Shown: piece after piece, positions 20,015 to 29,725 of the stretch | How positions within the stretch are numbered: the first letter of the stretch is position 1 | How the letters are laid out: each line of letters starts with the position of its first letter | Assembly (NCBI GenBank): GCA_031275995.1 | Contig: JAISNY010000016.1 | Location: forward strand, 12,690 to 76,689 | Reading direction: 5' to 3' | Length of the DNA stretch: 64,000 bases | From: Oscillospiraceae bacterium | Lineage (GTDB): Bacteria; Bacillota; Clostridia; Oscillospirales; Acutalibacteraceae | Program-made: the position numbers and the translations under genes | Notes under the pieces: model-generated | Databases searched by the model: none | Told to the model about the DNA's origin: nothing | What the model saw: the letters and a program-made list of their open reading frames with translations, nothing else

Positions 20015-20104
20015 ATTTCGGATTATATCAGAAATTAATTTAAATTTCTAGCAACATCGATATTGGTTATTGCTAAAAAAGGTAAATTTTTTCACAAACA
20101 TTAA

Positions 20105-20358
20105 AACAGAATTAGAAATCATAACTTAATTGATCTTAATAAACATATTGCCGGGGAAGCTCATACGCATACTGTTGAAAAAATAAATCGTCTTTTGCGC
20201 CGTTATTTGGCAAGATTTGCGAGAAAAACATACTGTTGGCCGAAAAGTTTGGCAATGAGAGAAAACTCTGTTTTGCTGTTTATGAATAAATGTATATTGA
20301 TTTATCAATGCCTTTTAAGATTGGCTATTGTAAACGTATTAAGTTTAATGTAGCCTAT
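20105..20358 (+). mobile_element. IS1-family transposase C-terminal remnant (no start codon, no DDE core)
   Basis: The plus-frame translation ...GEAHTHTVEKINRLLRRYLARFARKTYCWPKSLAMRENSVLLFMN... aligns by eye with the E. coli IS1 InsB tail [41 protein letters not shown]. Only about 80 codons are open, bounded by a stop at 20102. Confidence 0.55.
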
Positions 20359-20388
20359 GCCTGAATTTATGGAATTAAGGGGGAAACT

Positions 20389-22458
20389 TTGGTTAAAAAT
20401 TTAGTTATTGTGGAATCTCCAGCAAAAGCTAAAACTATAAAGAAATATTTAGGCAATGGTTTTAACGTTATTGCCTCTATGGGCCATGTACGAGATTTGC
20501 CGGCTAAAAGGCTTTGCGTGGACATCAAAGATAATTTTAAGCCGAAGTATGCTATAATCAAAGGTAAAGAAGAAATAGTTCGTGAGATAAAGTCAGAATC
20601 GGCAAAATCAAACAAAGTCTTTCTTGCTGCCGACCCAGATCGTGAAGGCGAAGCGATATCTTGGCATCTTGCGCATATCTTGGGGCTTGATCCGGAAGAA
20701 AAAAATAGAATCACTTTTAACGAGATTACCAAAACCGGAATCAAAAATGGGATTTCATCTCCGAGAACCTTGAACTCTGATTTAATAAACGCGCAGCAGG
20801 CACGGCGTATACTCGACAGGCTTGTTGGATATAAACTTAGCCCGTTTTTATGCCAAAAGCTTCAAAAAGGACTTTCTGCGGGCCGGGTTCAGTCGGTTGC
20901 TTTAAGGATTATTGTTGACCGTGAAAATCAAATCCGTGCTTTCATCCCTCAGGAATATTGGACAATTATTGCCAGTCTTACTGTTAGTGGCGGTGGAAAT
21001 AAAGTTTTTCAGGCTCAATTTTATGGAAAAGAAAAAGAAATAAAACTTAAAACTCAAGCTCAAGTTGAAAAAATTTTGGAGGATCTTGAGGGTGCTCAAT
21101 ATGTTGTGAATAGCGTAAAGAAAGGTAAGCGTAATAAAAATCCGGCGCCTCCGTTTATAACCTCAACAATGCAGCAGGAAGCTTCGCGCAAGCTTAATTT
21201 TTCAGCTAAGAAGACAATGAAGACGGCGCAAGAACTTTACGAGGGAGTTGAGGTGGAAGGCATCGGTGCCGTCGGGTTAATAACTTATATGAGAACTGAT
21301 TCTTTACGTATTTCTCAGGAAGCCGCCAAGGAAACATCCGATTTTATTGAAAAAAAATGGGGCAAAGATTATTTGCCGTCTGTTCCGAGGCGCTTTAAGG
21401 TAAAGGCCGGTTCTCAAGATGCTCACGAAGCCATAAGGCCTACTATGCCTTCTTTCGACCCCGAAAGGGTTAAAATTAGTCTCACTTCAGATCAGTTTAA
21501 ACTTTACAAATTAATTTGGGCCAGGTTCGTTGCCAGCCAGATGGCGGTTTGCGTGCAGAACACAGTAAAAGTGGAACTTTCTGCTGCGGGTTACATTTTT
21601 AGAGCCTCAGGATGCTCGGTTTTATTCGATGGATTTACCGTTCTTTATACCGAAAGCAAAGATGAAAAAGAATCAGACGAAAAAATGTTGCCTCCGCTTA
21701 AAGAAGGAGACGTATGCAAGCTTAAAAAAATTGAAAATGCTCAGCATTTTACTGAACCGCCGCCGCGTTATACGGAGGCATCCTTAATAAAGGCTCTTGA
21801 GGAGCATAGAATAGGGAGGCCTTCTACTTACGCGGTAACTATTTCCACTATTCTTTACCGAGAATATGTAGTTAAAGAAGGTAAAATTTTTAGGCCTACT
21901 GAACTTGGAGAGGCCGTTAACGGGATTATGGTAAGTTACTTCCCCAAAATAGTGGATATTGGTTTTACTGCCAGCATGGAAGAAGAACTTGATTCGATAG
22001 AAAGTGGAAATATGCTATGGACCGAGACTCTTGGAAATTTTTATAGCGGATTTGAAAAAACACTTGAGGACGCAAAAGAAAAGACTAAGGATTTGAAAAT
22101 TCATCTAAAAGAAAATGAAACTGATATAATTTGTGAAAAATGTGGTAGGCCTATGGTCGTTAAGCACGGTAGGTTCGGTAAGTTTATTGGTTGCTCGGGA
22201 TTTCCGGAGTGCGAAAACATAAAGAAATTCGTAAAAAAGGTTGGAGTTAAGTGCCCGAAATGTGGGGCTGAAGTGGTAAAAAAAGCTTCAAAAAAAGGTC
22301 GAGCGTTTTATGGTTGCGAACGGTTTCCGGAATGTGATTATGCTGCTTGGAACCAGCCGACAAATGAGATATGTCCAAGTTGCGGTAGGATGCTCTATAA
22401 GAACACCAAAAAGATTTTTTGTGCTGAGCCCGATTGTAAGTATTCAAGGAACCTTTAA
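20389..22458 (+). CDS. topA: DNA topoisomerase I
   Basis: TOPRIM start LVIVESPAKAKTIKKYLG, the region TYMRTDS containing the active-site Tyr, and three C-terminal CxxC...CxxC zinc ribbons. TTG start after AAGGGGGA. Confidence 0.93.
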   Translation: MVKNLVIVESPAKAKTIKKYLGNGFNVIASMGHVRDLPAKRLCVDIKDNFKPKYAIIKGKEEIVREIKSESAKSNKVFLAADPDREGEAISWHLAHILGLDPEEKNRITFNEITKTGIKNGISSPRTLNSDLINAQQARRILDRLVGYKLSPFLCQKLQKGLSAGRVQSVALRIIVDRENQIRAFIPQEYWTIIASLTVSGGGNKVFQAQFYGKEKEIKLKTQAQVEKILEDLEGAQYVVNSVKKGKRNKNPAPPFITSTMQQEASRKLNFSAKKTMKTAQELYEGVEVEGIGAVGLITYMRTDSLRISQEAAKETSDFIEKKWGKDYLPSVPRRFKVKAGSQDAHEAIRPTMPSFDPERVKISLTSDQFKLYKLIWARFVASQMAVCVQNTVKVELSAAGYIFRASGCSVLFDGFTVLYTESKDEKESDEKMLPPLKEGDVCKLKKIENAQHFTEPPPRYTEASLIKALEEHRIGRPSTYAVTISTILYREYVVKEGKIFRPTELGEAVNGIMVSYFPKIVDIGFTASMEEELDSIESGNMLWTETLGNFYSGFEKTLEDAKEKTKDLKIHLKENETDIICEKCGRPMVVKHGRFGKFIGCSGFPECENIKKFVKKVGVKCPKCGAEVVKKASKKGRAFYGCERFPECDYAAWNQPTNEICPSCGRMLYKNTKKIFCAEPDCKYSRNL

Positions 22459-22694
22459 AAATCCGTTGCTTTCCATGCCTTGAAAATCTGCGTTCCCAAC
22501 ACAATTAGTTTCCGCATCCTGGACGTTTGTTCACTATTGCTTTGCGCTTATGGATTCCCGGTAATGGGAAAATGTACATTGCCGAGAAAAGATAAGACTT
22601 GGAACGGGGCCTGATAAAAAATGCGGCGGAGATCAAATTACCTGCATAAATCTTGCAGACGACTTTGCAAACGAAGAGCAAGCTTGGAATTTAC

Positions 22695-23125
22695 TCACAC
22701 TGTTATGTAATCTTTTATTCTGTTAAAAATTTCATCTTTTATTCCATTTACCTTCTTGATATCTTCTATCGTTGAAAAATTTCCAAATTCTTCTCGGTAT
22801 GCAATAATCGCATTTGCTTTTACTTCACCAATTCCATCAAGTGTTTTAAGTTCTGTGGAAGTCGCCAAATTTATATTTATCTTTTTTGACTCACTAGTGG
22901 TACTAACTACATGATAACGAAGGCGATGGCCAAAACGATAAATTTTTATTGCATTAGCTAGTAGGGTGTTGCCACTGGTCATTTCTGGATAACCATTTGA
23001 TATCTCAGCGAGAAATAGGGGGGGTCGAACCTGCCTTCTGCTTTAACGGGTGCAAGCATAAGCAGCGACAAAACAAAGGTGGATAACGCAACGTTGGCCC
23101 CCTTGTAAAATTTCACATTAAACAT
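22695..23125 (-). pseudogene. comEA: ComEA-like helix-hairpin-helix DNA-binding protein, split by a frameshift in a G7/C7 tract
   Basis: The ATG at 23125 (GAGGAG SD) opens a signal/TM segment, MFNVKFYKGANVALSTFVLSLLMLAPVKAEG. The HhH domain (INLATSTELKTLDGIGEVKANAIIAYRE) lies in the -1 frame (track ORF 22695-22982). The two frames meet at the homopolymer at 23018-23024. Confidence 0.7.
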
Positions 23126-23218
23126 AAAAACATCACTCCTCTAAGTAATTATATACTATTATAAATATTAGGGTTATGCAAAAGAAAGTTTCAAGGTGTA
23201 TTTGCCTTAAAATAATGG

Positions 23219-23247
23219 TTGACAGTTCGTAATTTTTACAGCACAAT
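23219..23247 (+). promoter_or_regulatory. Sigma70-like promoter upstream of tRNA-Arg
   Basis: TTGACA (23219-23224), a 17-nt spacer and CACAAT (23242-23247), about 50 nt upstream of the tRNA. Confidence 0.5.
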
Positions 23248-23300
23248 GGCATAAAAGTTTGCTATTATATCGTTTTAATCCTTGGATTTTTTGATCAAAA

Positions 23301-23377
23301 GCGCCGATAGCTCAGCAGGATAGAGCAACTGCCTTCTAAGCAGTAGGTCGGGGGTTCGAATCCCTCTCGGTGCGCCA
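23301..23377 (+). tRNA. tRNA-Arg (anticodon UCU), CCA encoded
   Basis: The cloverleaf can be read directly: acceptor GCGCCGA/TCGGTGC, D arm GCTC-AGCAGGATA-GAGC, anticodon arm ACTGC-CTTCTAA-GCAGT, T arm GGGGG-TTCGAAT-CCCTC, and discriminator G followed by CCA. Confidence 0.9.
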
Positions 23378-23439
23378 ATATGATGTTAGTTAAGGAAAAG
23401 ATTCCCTTAACAAAACATTAAAGTAGGGGTGGTTTTATT

Positions 23440-23844
23440 ATGAATATAGCACTTCTTGCTCATGAGCGTAGACGCGAGTTAATGGTTAGGTTTTGTATTG
23501 GTTATCGTAATGTTTTGAGTCAGCACAGTCTATTAGTTATGCCGAATTGTATTGAGGCGATTCGTGGCGCTGTTAAATTAGCGGTAGTTCCTTGTTCGGG
23601 TAATTCGTTAGATGGGTTTCGTCAGATTATATCAAAGATTTCTTGCCATGAGGTTGATTTGTTATTGTTTTTTCGCTATGCTTCACCTTATGTTACGATT
23701 ACTCCTGACGAGATCGAGCTTTTAAGAATTTGTGATTTTAACAGTGTTCCATACGCCACTAACATCGCCACGGCAGAAGTTTTGATTAAAGGTCTTGAAC
23801 GAGGAGATTTTGATTGGCGGAATGCTGGCGACCCGATGATATAG
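23440..23844 (+). CDS. Methylglyoxal synthase-like (MGS-fold) protein with a degenerate active site
   Basis: It aligns by eye with MgsA (IALLAHE..., DLLLFF, VPYATNIATAEVLI). It lacks the TGTTG loop, the GGDQQ motif and the PHDPD histidine. Confidence 0.6.
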   Translation: MNIALLAHERRRELMVRFCIGYRNVLSQHSLLVMPNCIEAIRGAVKLAVVPCSGNSLDGFRQIISKISCHEVDLLLFFRYASPYVTITPDEIELLRICDFNSVPYATNIATAEVLIKGLERGDFDWRNAGDPMI

Positions 23845-23864
23845 TGTGAAAGGATGGATTTGCT

Positions 23865-25130
23865 TTGGATAGAATTCGTGGTATGCAGGATATTTTTCCG
23901 AACGAAAGTGATAAATGGCTTTTTGTAGAAGGAGTTATGCGTAACTGTGCTGAAACCTTGGGGTTTGGTTACGTTCGTGTGCCTATCATGGAGTTTACTG
24001 ATCTGTTTTGTCGTTCAGTTGGAGATCTTTCTGACATTGTTCAAAAAGAAATGTATACTTTCGAGGATAAAGGCGGGCGTTCCGTAACTTTGCGCCCAGA
24101 ATTTACTGCGGGAGTTTTGCGTGCGTTTTTGAATATTTCCAAAGATACTGTTTTACCGGCTAAGTTTATGTGTTTTGGGCCATGTTTTAGGTATGAAAAG
24201 CCGCAATCAGGAAGATATCGTGAATTTTTTCAGTTTGACGCTGAAATTTTTGGTGGAAATTCAGTTGCAGCGGACGCTGAATTAATTTTTTTAGCGAAAT
24301 CTATATTCAAAGAATTGGGGATTTTCGATTTAGATTTGCAAATAAACGCAGTCGGATGTCCAGAGTGCCGTGCTGGATATCGTGATATTCTTTTCTCTTA
24401 TTTTGAAGCAAATGCGGATAATTTTTGTGATATTTGTTCTGAAAGATTGGTTAAAAACCCGTTGAGAATTTTTGACTGTAAAAATAAAATTTGTAAGAAA
24501 ATTTGCGAAGATGCTCCGCATACGATTGAGCATGTTTGTCCGAACTGCAAGAAAGATTTTGAACAATTTAAGTTATATTTGAATGTGGCCGATGTAAAAT
24601 ATTCTGTTAATTCGAGAATGGTGCGCGGTTTAGATTATTATACAAAGTTAGTTTTTGAATTTGTTACTCGGGTTCAAGGCTCTGATTTGACGGTTTGTGG
24701 CGGCGGTAGGTATGATGGCCTTTCAGAAAAATTTGGCGCTCCAAACTTTTCTGCTACTGGTTTTGGAATCGGTGTGGAACGAGTAATTTCAGTTATGGAA
24801 AGTTTAAATTTTAAATTTCCAATTTTTAATAAGCGTGATTTGTTTGTTGTTTCGGTTGATGATTTTAGCACGGAAGCGGTAAAGTTGGTTATTAAATTGC
24901 GTGCAGGAGGTATTTCTGCTGATTTTGATTTGGTTGGCCGTAACGTTAAATCACAGATGCGTTTTGCCGACAAAATGGGCTACAATTTTACTATCGTCTT
25001 AGGCCCGGAAGAAATTTTAAATAATAAAGTTGAAGCTAGGCGTATGAGCGATGGTGCTATTTTTACTTTAAATTTAGATGAGAATTCAGTTGATTCTTTT
25101 TATGAAATATTAAACCATGGTGGGTTATGA
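23865..25130 (+). CDS. hisS: Histidyl-tRNA synthetase
   Basis: Class II motifs: RGMQDIFP near the start, LRPEFTAGVLRAF, FRYEKPQSGRYREFFQFD and GGGRYDGL. TTG start. Confidence 0.92.
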   Translation: MDRIRGMQDIFPNESDKWLFVEGVMRNCAETLGFGYVRVPIMEFTDLFCRSVGDLSDIVQKEMYTFEDKGGRSVTLRPEFTAGVLRAFLNISKDTVLPAKFMCFGPCFRYEKPQSGRYREFFQFDAEIFGGNSVAADAELIFLAKSIFKELGIFDLDLQINAVGCPECRAGYRDILFSYFEANADNFCDICSERLVKNPLRIFDCKNKICKKICEDAPHTIEHVCPNCKKDFEQFKLYLNVADVKYSVNSRMVRGLDYYTKLVFEFVTRVQGSDLTVCGGGRYDGLSEKFGAPNFSATGFGIGVERVISVMESLNFKFPIFNKRDLFVVSVDDFSTEAVKLVIKLRAGGISADFDLVGRNVKSQMRFADKMGYNFTIVLGPEEILNNKVEARRMSDGAIFTLNLDENSVDSFYEILNHGGL

Positions 25131-25167
25131 CGAGTTTTTTTAAATTTAATGATTTTTGGATGTTCTC

Positions 25168-25196
25168 TTGACTTTATTATCGTATGTTTGTACAAT
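25168..25196 (+). promoter_or_regulatory. Near-consensus sigma70 promoter of the zinc-ribbon protein gene
   Basis: TTGACT (25168-25173), a 17-nt spacer and TACAAT (25191-25196). This implies a leader of about 150 nt before the ATG at 25348. Confidence 0.55.
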
Positions 25197-25347
25197 TCTT
25201 GTGAGGTTTGTTTATTTTTGTCCTCGGTTTTGTTGTCGTTGATATTTTGTGGCCCAAGTAGCTTAGTTTTTTAGAGCGTTGTTGATTCAGAGGCGTCGGT
25301 GTGAGGCCGTCCTTAGGGCAAGTTTAAGATAAAGTGAGGTTAGAGAG

Positions 25348-25707
25348 ATGGGAGAAAATGAGGTGGCCGGTAAGTTTGAGGATAGGACTCTTGTTTGTAT
25401 GGATTGCGGTAGATCATTCACATTCACTTCAGGTGAACAGGAGTTTTATGCCTTAAAGGGTTTTGCGAATGAACCTAAGCGGTGTCCAGATTGTCGCGAT
25501 CGCAAGAAACAGGCGAGATTTGGTCAGGATTCCAGAGAGGAGCGACAGATGTATACTGCGACTTGTGCGGCCTGTGGCGGCCCGGCTGAAGTGCCTTTCA
25601 TGCCTAATAGCGATCGCCCGGTTTATTGCAGCAATTGTTTTGCGAAAATTCGTAGCGATGGACATGACGATAATAAATCGTCTCATGGTCGTTATTCGAA
25701 TTATTAG
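25348..25707 (+). CDS. Double zinc-ribbon protein (CxxC-x18-CxxC, then CxxC-x19-CxxC)
   Basis: CMDCGRSFTFTSGEQEFYALKGFANEPKRCPDC and CAACGGPAEVPFMPNSDRPVYCSNC. SD GTGAGG. Confidence 0.75.
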   Translation: MGENEVAGKFEDRTLVCMDCGRSFTFTSGEQEFYALKGFANEPKRCPDCRDRKKQARFGQDSREERQMYTATCAACGGPAEVPFMPNSDRPVYCSNCFAKIRSDGHDDNKSSHGRYSNY

Positions 25708-25736
25708 TTTTTGGATTCGGAAGACCAACCACAATT

Positions 25737-25764
25737 CCTTGCTGAAGTTTCAGCAAGGTTTTTT
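25737..25764 (+). terminator. Rho-independent terminator
   Basis: CCTTGCTGAA-gt-TTCAGCAAGG is a perfect 10-bp inverted repeat followed by TTTTTT. Confidence 0.85.
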
Positions 25765-26206
25765 GGTTGAGAAAAGCCAATCAGATAAAAATATATAAAC
25801 TTATGTACGGAGAAATAATTTTCAAACAACGAAATTTTGATTCTAATCGGGAGAAATTTAACATAAAATACAGCTTTAATATTTGACATGTTCGATCATT
25901 TAAAACAAAACACCAAACTTAAATGTTATAATTTTATTTAATGCAGAAAACCTCACTAACATAGAATCAAACTTTATGTCATTCGTTCAATTAATTCCAC
26001 TTATAAACGCTCTTATAATTTTATTTCAAATTTTTTAAAGGGCTGAAATATTTTAAATTTTTTAATTTGAGAAGCCTACTTCTATTTTCTCAAAAACGCA
26101 AATACTTGAAAAACAACACCATTCTATAATTTTACCTATGGATTTATGATGGATCAAACTTGAATTTTTGTAATTAACAAGGCTTAAACCTGGGAATCTA
26201 GCTTGT

Positions 26207-26986
26207 CTATTTAATCTCACGCTTCCAAAACGTAATCATGCCCACTGCAATAGAAAACACCAAGTAAGAGAGCGATACAATTAATATTCTAGGAATTTCT
26301 GAACTCGGGACCCCTCCTTGATTCACTCCAAGATAACCTGTAATCCAGTAATTGTTAAGATCTATCTTTAAGTTAAACCAACGTAAAAGTAGATATTGGC
26401 CTCCGGCTAAAATTACGCCCATGAACGAGGTTGCTGCAATACTTGTCCCAAGAGCTCCACCAGTGCTTCTTATCAAAAAAGCAAGCATAGCTATAAAAGA
26501 ATATACAGCCGCACTAACCAATAAAAATAAACCAAACCCTTGAGCAAGATGGAGTAACAATTCTTGCTTGGGTTCACCCATGCCCCAGAGATAACACCCG
26601 GAAGCAAAACTGGCTCCACAGCAAGCAAGAGTGTACATTGTAACCATCGAAAATACTACAATCAACTTGGAGGCATAAACCGCAAATCTATTTTTTCCTC
26701 TGATCAAAACATTTCTAATCGTAGAATTAGAAAATTCGTTCGAAATAAAAAGTACCGTCGTTATCATTGCGAACAACATGACCGAAGAAGCACCCTGCGT
26801 TAATACCATGAATCCATTGTAACCAAACATTTTTAGATCCAAATCTGGCATACCATACGGTGCACCCACTGTATAACCTAAAGTAAAAACCCCAATCGCC
26901 GAAAATGCAACGGCAAGAATCATGCAAATGTAAAATACCTTCCTGTGGAAAAGCTTATAAAAATCAGAAGCTAATAAACCTAACAT
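26207..26986 (-). CDS. ABC-2-type transporter permease
   Basis: 259 aa with about 6 TM segments, downstream of the ABC ATPase, with a strong SD (AGGAGGAGG). Confidence 0.75.
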   Translation of the reverse strand: MLGLLASDFYKLFHRKVFYICMILAVAFSAIGVFTLGYTVGAPYGMPDLDLKMFGYNGFMVLTQGASSVMLFAMITTVLFISNEFSNSTIRNVLIRGKNRFAVYASKLIVVFSMVTMYTLACCGASFASGCYLWGMGEPKQELLLHLAQGFGLFLLVSAAVYSFIAMLAFLIRSTGGALGTSIAATSFMGVILAGGQYLLLRWFNLKIDLNNYWITGYLGVNQGGVPSSEIPRILIVSLSYLVFSIAVGMITFWKREIK

Positions 26987-27191
26987 TATGATCCTCCTCC
27001 TATAATTTCGTCTAACACCTTTGTTAATGGAAACTACTACACTTTAAAACTATCAAACATTTCTTAATATAGATCTACTTTCTTATCCTTATGCTTTTAT
27101 CTTGCAAACTTCACTTAACATCCTTATCAATTCGAGAATCATCCTATCTTAACAGTCACCCGAATTAACGTGAAATAAAGCGTTCCATCCT

Positions 27192-28097
27192 CTATGATGA
27201 GCTTCCTTCCATCAATTTTATAAAATACCCTTCATAATCGTTGCTGTTACTTGATATCGATTCTACAATCACGTCGTTCTTTGCTAATACCGAGTTTATT
27301 TCACTAACACCTACTCCATCGCGAACATGAATTTTTAGTTCATTCTCTTCAATTTGGTATTCATTCAACCCAAGCTCTTCTGTTATCGCGGTTACCGCAC
27401 GTTGAACATCATTAACCTTGACAACCACAAGACCTTTGATGCTGCTTTCAAGTTCTTCAGAACTAAACTGTTTCACGAGTTCTCCACTGTTTATAACACC
27501 ATAATTGGTTGCAACCTTAGTCAGCTCACTGAGTATGTGGCTCGAAATCATAACCGTAACGCCATTTTCATGGCTAAGACTATTAATCATATCCCGAATA
27601 TCCCGAATACCTATAGGATCAAGTCCGTTAATGGGTTCATCGAGAAACAAAAATTCAGGATCTCCTACAAGAGCTACCGCGATCGCAAGTCTTTGCCTCA
27701 TTCCTAAAGAAAAGTCTTTGACTTTCTTAGAACCCGCGTCTCCAAGACCAACTAAATCGAGTAAACGCTTAATTACAGACTTATCACGAACTCCTAAAGC
27801 CAAACGCTGTGTTTCCATGTTTTGAGCAGCGCTCATATAAGTAAAAAGTGCGGGCTCAATTACTGCACTGATCTTAGCTCTCATACCAGGTTTTGCAAAA
27901 TCTTTAGAAAAACTTATCTTTCCGGAAGTTGGTTCTGCGAGTCCGGTGATCATCCTTATGATAGTAGTCTTACCTGAACCGTTTTTCCCGATAAGCCCAT
28001 AAATCGCACCTTTATTGATCTGAAGGCTTACTTCGTTAACAACCTTTTTTCGGGAATAAACTTTAGTTAACTTTTCAGTTTCCAATATATAATCCAT
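27192..28097 (-). CDS. ABC transporter ATP-binding protein
   Basis: Walker A GKNGSGKTT, signature FSLGMRQRL, Walker B LFLDEP and an H-loop SSH. Confidence 0.9.
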   Translation of the reverse strand: MDYILETEKLTKVYSRKKVVNEVSLQINKGAIYGLIGKNGSGKTTIIRMITGLAEPTSGKISFSKDFAKPGMRAKISAVIEPALFTYMSAAQNMETQRLALGVRDKSVIKRLLDLVGLGDAGSKKVKDFSLGMRQRLAIAVALVGDPEFLFLDEPINGLDPIGIRDIRDMINSLSHENGVTVMISSHILSELTKVATNYGVINSGELVKQFSSEELESSIKGLVVVKVNDVQRAVTAITEELGLNEYQIEENELKIHVRDGVGVSEINSVLAKNDVIVESISSNSNDYEGYFIKLMEGSSS

Positions 28098-28149
28098 AAT
28101 TTTTCCTCCCGAAGACAGTTTCTTTTAGTGAATTAATACTACTTCAATA

Positions 28150-29712
28150 TTACATGCGAGTCAACCCATTGGCAAAATCCTTTACGACTTTGCCGGCGAC
28201 TGAAGATAAAAAAATGAGTTGTTTATCTTTACGGAAAACGATTATATTTATTAGTGTGGGAAGAGTCAAGCATATCAAAAAATTTATTGAAATTTGTAAA
28301 ATCAAAGACGGAGCTACTATAAAACCAGTCAATTTGTATGTGGCAATTGTGTAAAAAATTGTTAGGGTTGTATACAAAATATATTTCTTGTAATATTCGA
28401 TTAACTTTTTATTAAACACAATTTTATATATAAAATAAGGTTGTGAAATGAAAGGAACCAAGATTGTACTTAAAATTCCTCCAATTATGGCTCCGATTAT
28501 TCCGAATTTTTTAGCTAATATGAACGAAACAATAAAATTTAGAGTAGTTTCCAGAATAGGAATGAATCTATCTTGCAAAAAAATTCCGGCGCTCGATTTT
28601 ACCATATCTACAGATTGTTTCATTCCGTAAAGATAAAGGTTAACCGTAATCGCTACAGTTAAGGCCGGAGAGAAAATTGAGTTTTCGGTCCCAATCCAAA
28701 TTTTCATAAAAGGTGAAACTGTGTTTAAAAATATTGCTGAAAAGGATGAATATATTAAGAAATTTAAGAAGAATATAACTTTAAAATTTTCATAAACTTT
28801 TTCTTCAGATTCTGTTGTAAGCAAATTACCGAAGCTTGCGCTTATACCGTTAAAAATTTCACTTGTGATTCCTAAAACTGCACCCGTAATTAGGAGGTAG
28901 TTATAAAAAATTCCATTTTCTCTTAATGTAGCAAAAATTAGAACTATAACTCCTGAAATTTGTTTTATGCTTGCGCCTCCAATTCTGTGAAAGAGCATGG
29001 CCTTTATGTTTTTTAAAATTTCTTTTCTTTCGTTGGGTTCTAATTTTTTTGAATTTGTTAAATCGATCAGAGGATAATGTTTTTTAAAAAAATAAGAGAT
29101 TAAAATATTTTCTAAAATTCTGAATGTTATTTTCGTTATAATATAAAGTTCAAACGATTTTAAAAATATTAATACGAAAATTTGCGATGAAACAGTTAAT
29201 ATAATGATGGGAATTTTAATTAAATTATTTATGTAGCTTTTTTGGTCAGCGATGAACATTGTACGTTTATGAAAAAAAAGATAGGAAGATATGACATCCA
29301 ACGTATAGAGCAGGAAAATTATTCTTAATTTAAGGTTTGTTAAACCACTGTCTTCACCTATGAGTTTTACTAAAAATAGAGAAAAAATTATCGCGGAAAT
29401 CAAAATTATTGATGAAATTACTACGTAGGTTTTCTTTAAAAAATTTAAGAAGTTGGAAATTTTCAACCAATCTTTCTTGAAAATTGGTTCATATAACTTA
29501 TAACTCATTCCAATTCCGAGCCCCAGCTCAACAACGGCTAAAATGGAAACTATGTTTGAAAATCCGCCGTCGATACCAACCAGCGCAAGTCCAAGCACAC
29601 GAGAGAACATTTGCCTTACTACAAAAGTGGCAACCATAAACACTAAGTAACACAGGCAGTTTACCAGAATATTAACTATGCTTTTTTTTGTTCTCATCAA
29701 CGTTCTCATCAA
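28150..29712 (-). CDS. Polysaccharide/oligosaccharide flippase (Wzx/MOP-superfamily-like)
   Basis: 520 aa, about 12-14 TM segments, very AT-rich, adjacent to the glycosyltransferase. Confidence 0.65.
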   Translation of the reverse strand: MMRTLMRTKKSIVNILVNCLCYLVFMVATFVVRQMFSRVLGLALVGIDGGFSNIVSILAVVELGLGIGMSYKLYEPIFKKDWLKISNFLNFLKKTYVVISSIILISAIIFSLFLVKLIGEDSGLTNLKLRIIFLLYTLDVISSYLFFHKRTMFIADQKSYINNLIKIPIIILTVSSQIFVLIFLKSFELYIITKITFRILENILISYFFKKHYPLIDLTNSKKLEPNERKEILKNIKAMLFHRIGGASIKQISGVIVLIFATLRENGIFYNYLLITGAVLGITSEIFNGISASFGNLLTTESEEKVYENFKVIFFLNFLIYSSFSAIFLNTVSPFMKIWIGTENSIFSPALTVAITVNLYLYGMKQSVDMVKSSAGIFLQDRFIPILETTLNFIVSFILAKKFGIIGAIIGGILSTILVPFISQPYFIYKIVFNKKLIEYYKKYILYTTLTIFYTIATYKLTGFIVAPSLILQISINFLICLTLPTLINIIVFRKDKQLIFLSSVAGKVVKDFANGLTRM

Positions 29713-29725
29713 TAAGCTAAAAAAA

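Noticed and set aside
20126-20308. A 60-aa minus-strand ORF from the track
   Set aside because: The protein-like signal in this interval is on the plus strand (the IS1 transposase tail). The minus ORF is its antisense shadow.
23078-23086. A near-consensus DnaA box (TTATCCACC on the minus strand)
   Set aside because: It is a single isolated box inside the comEA coding remnant. There is no cluster, no AT-rich unwinding element and no dnaA or dnaN nearby, so this is not an origin.
25453-25798. Overlapping ORFs of 93 aa (-) and 111 aa (+) across the zinc-ribbon gene
   Set aside because: The frame at 25348-25707 has the SD, promoter, terminator and clean double CxxC architecture. The other two are frame shadows.
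26987-27191. Possible small bacteriocin or immunity peptide ORFs in the 205-nt gap between the ABC ATPase and the permease
   Set aside because: Only 7-17-codon ORFs without a usable SD are present, so nothing is supportable.
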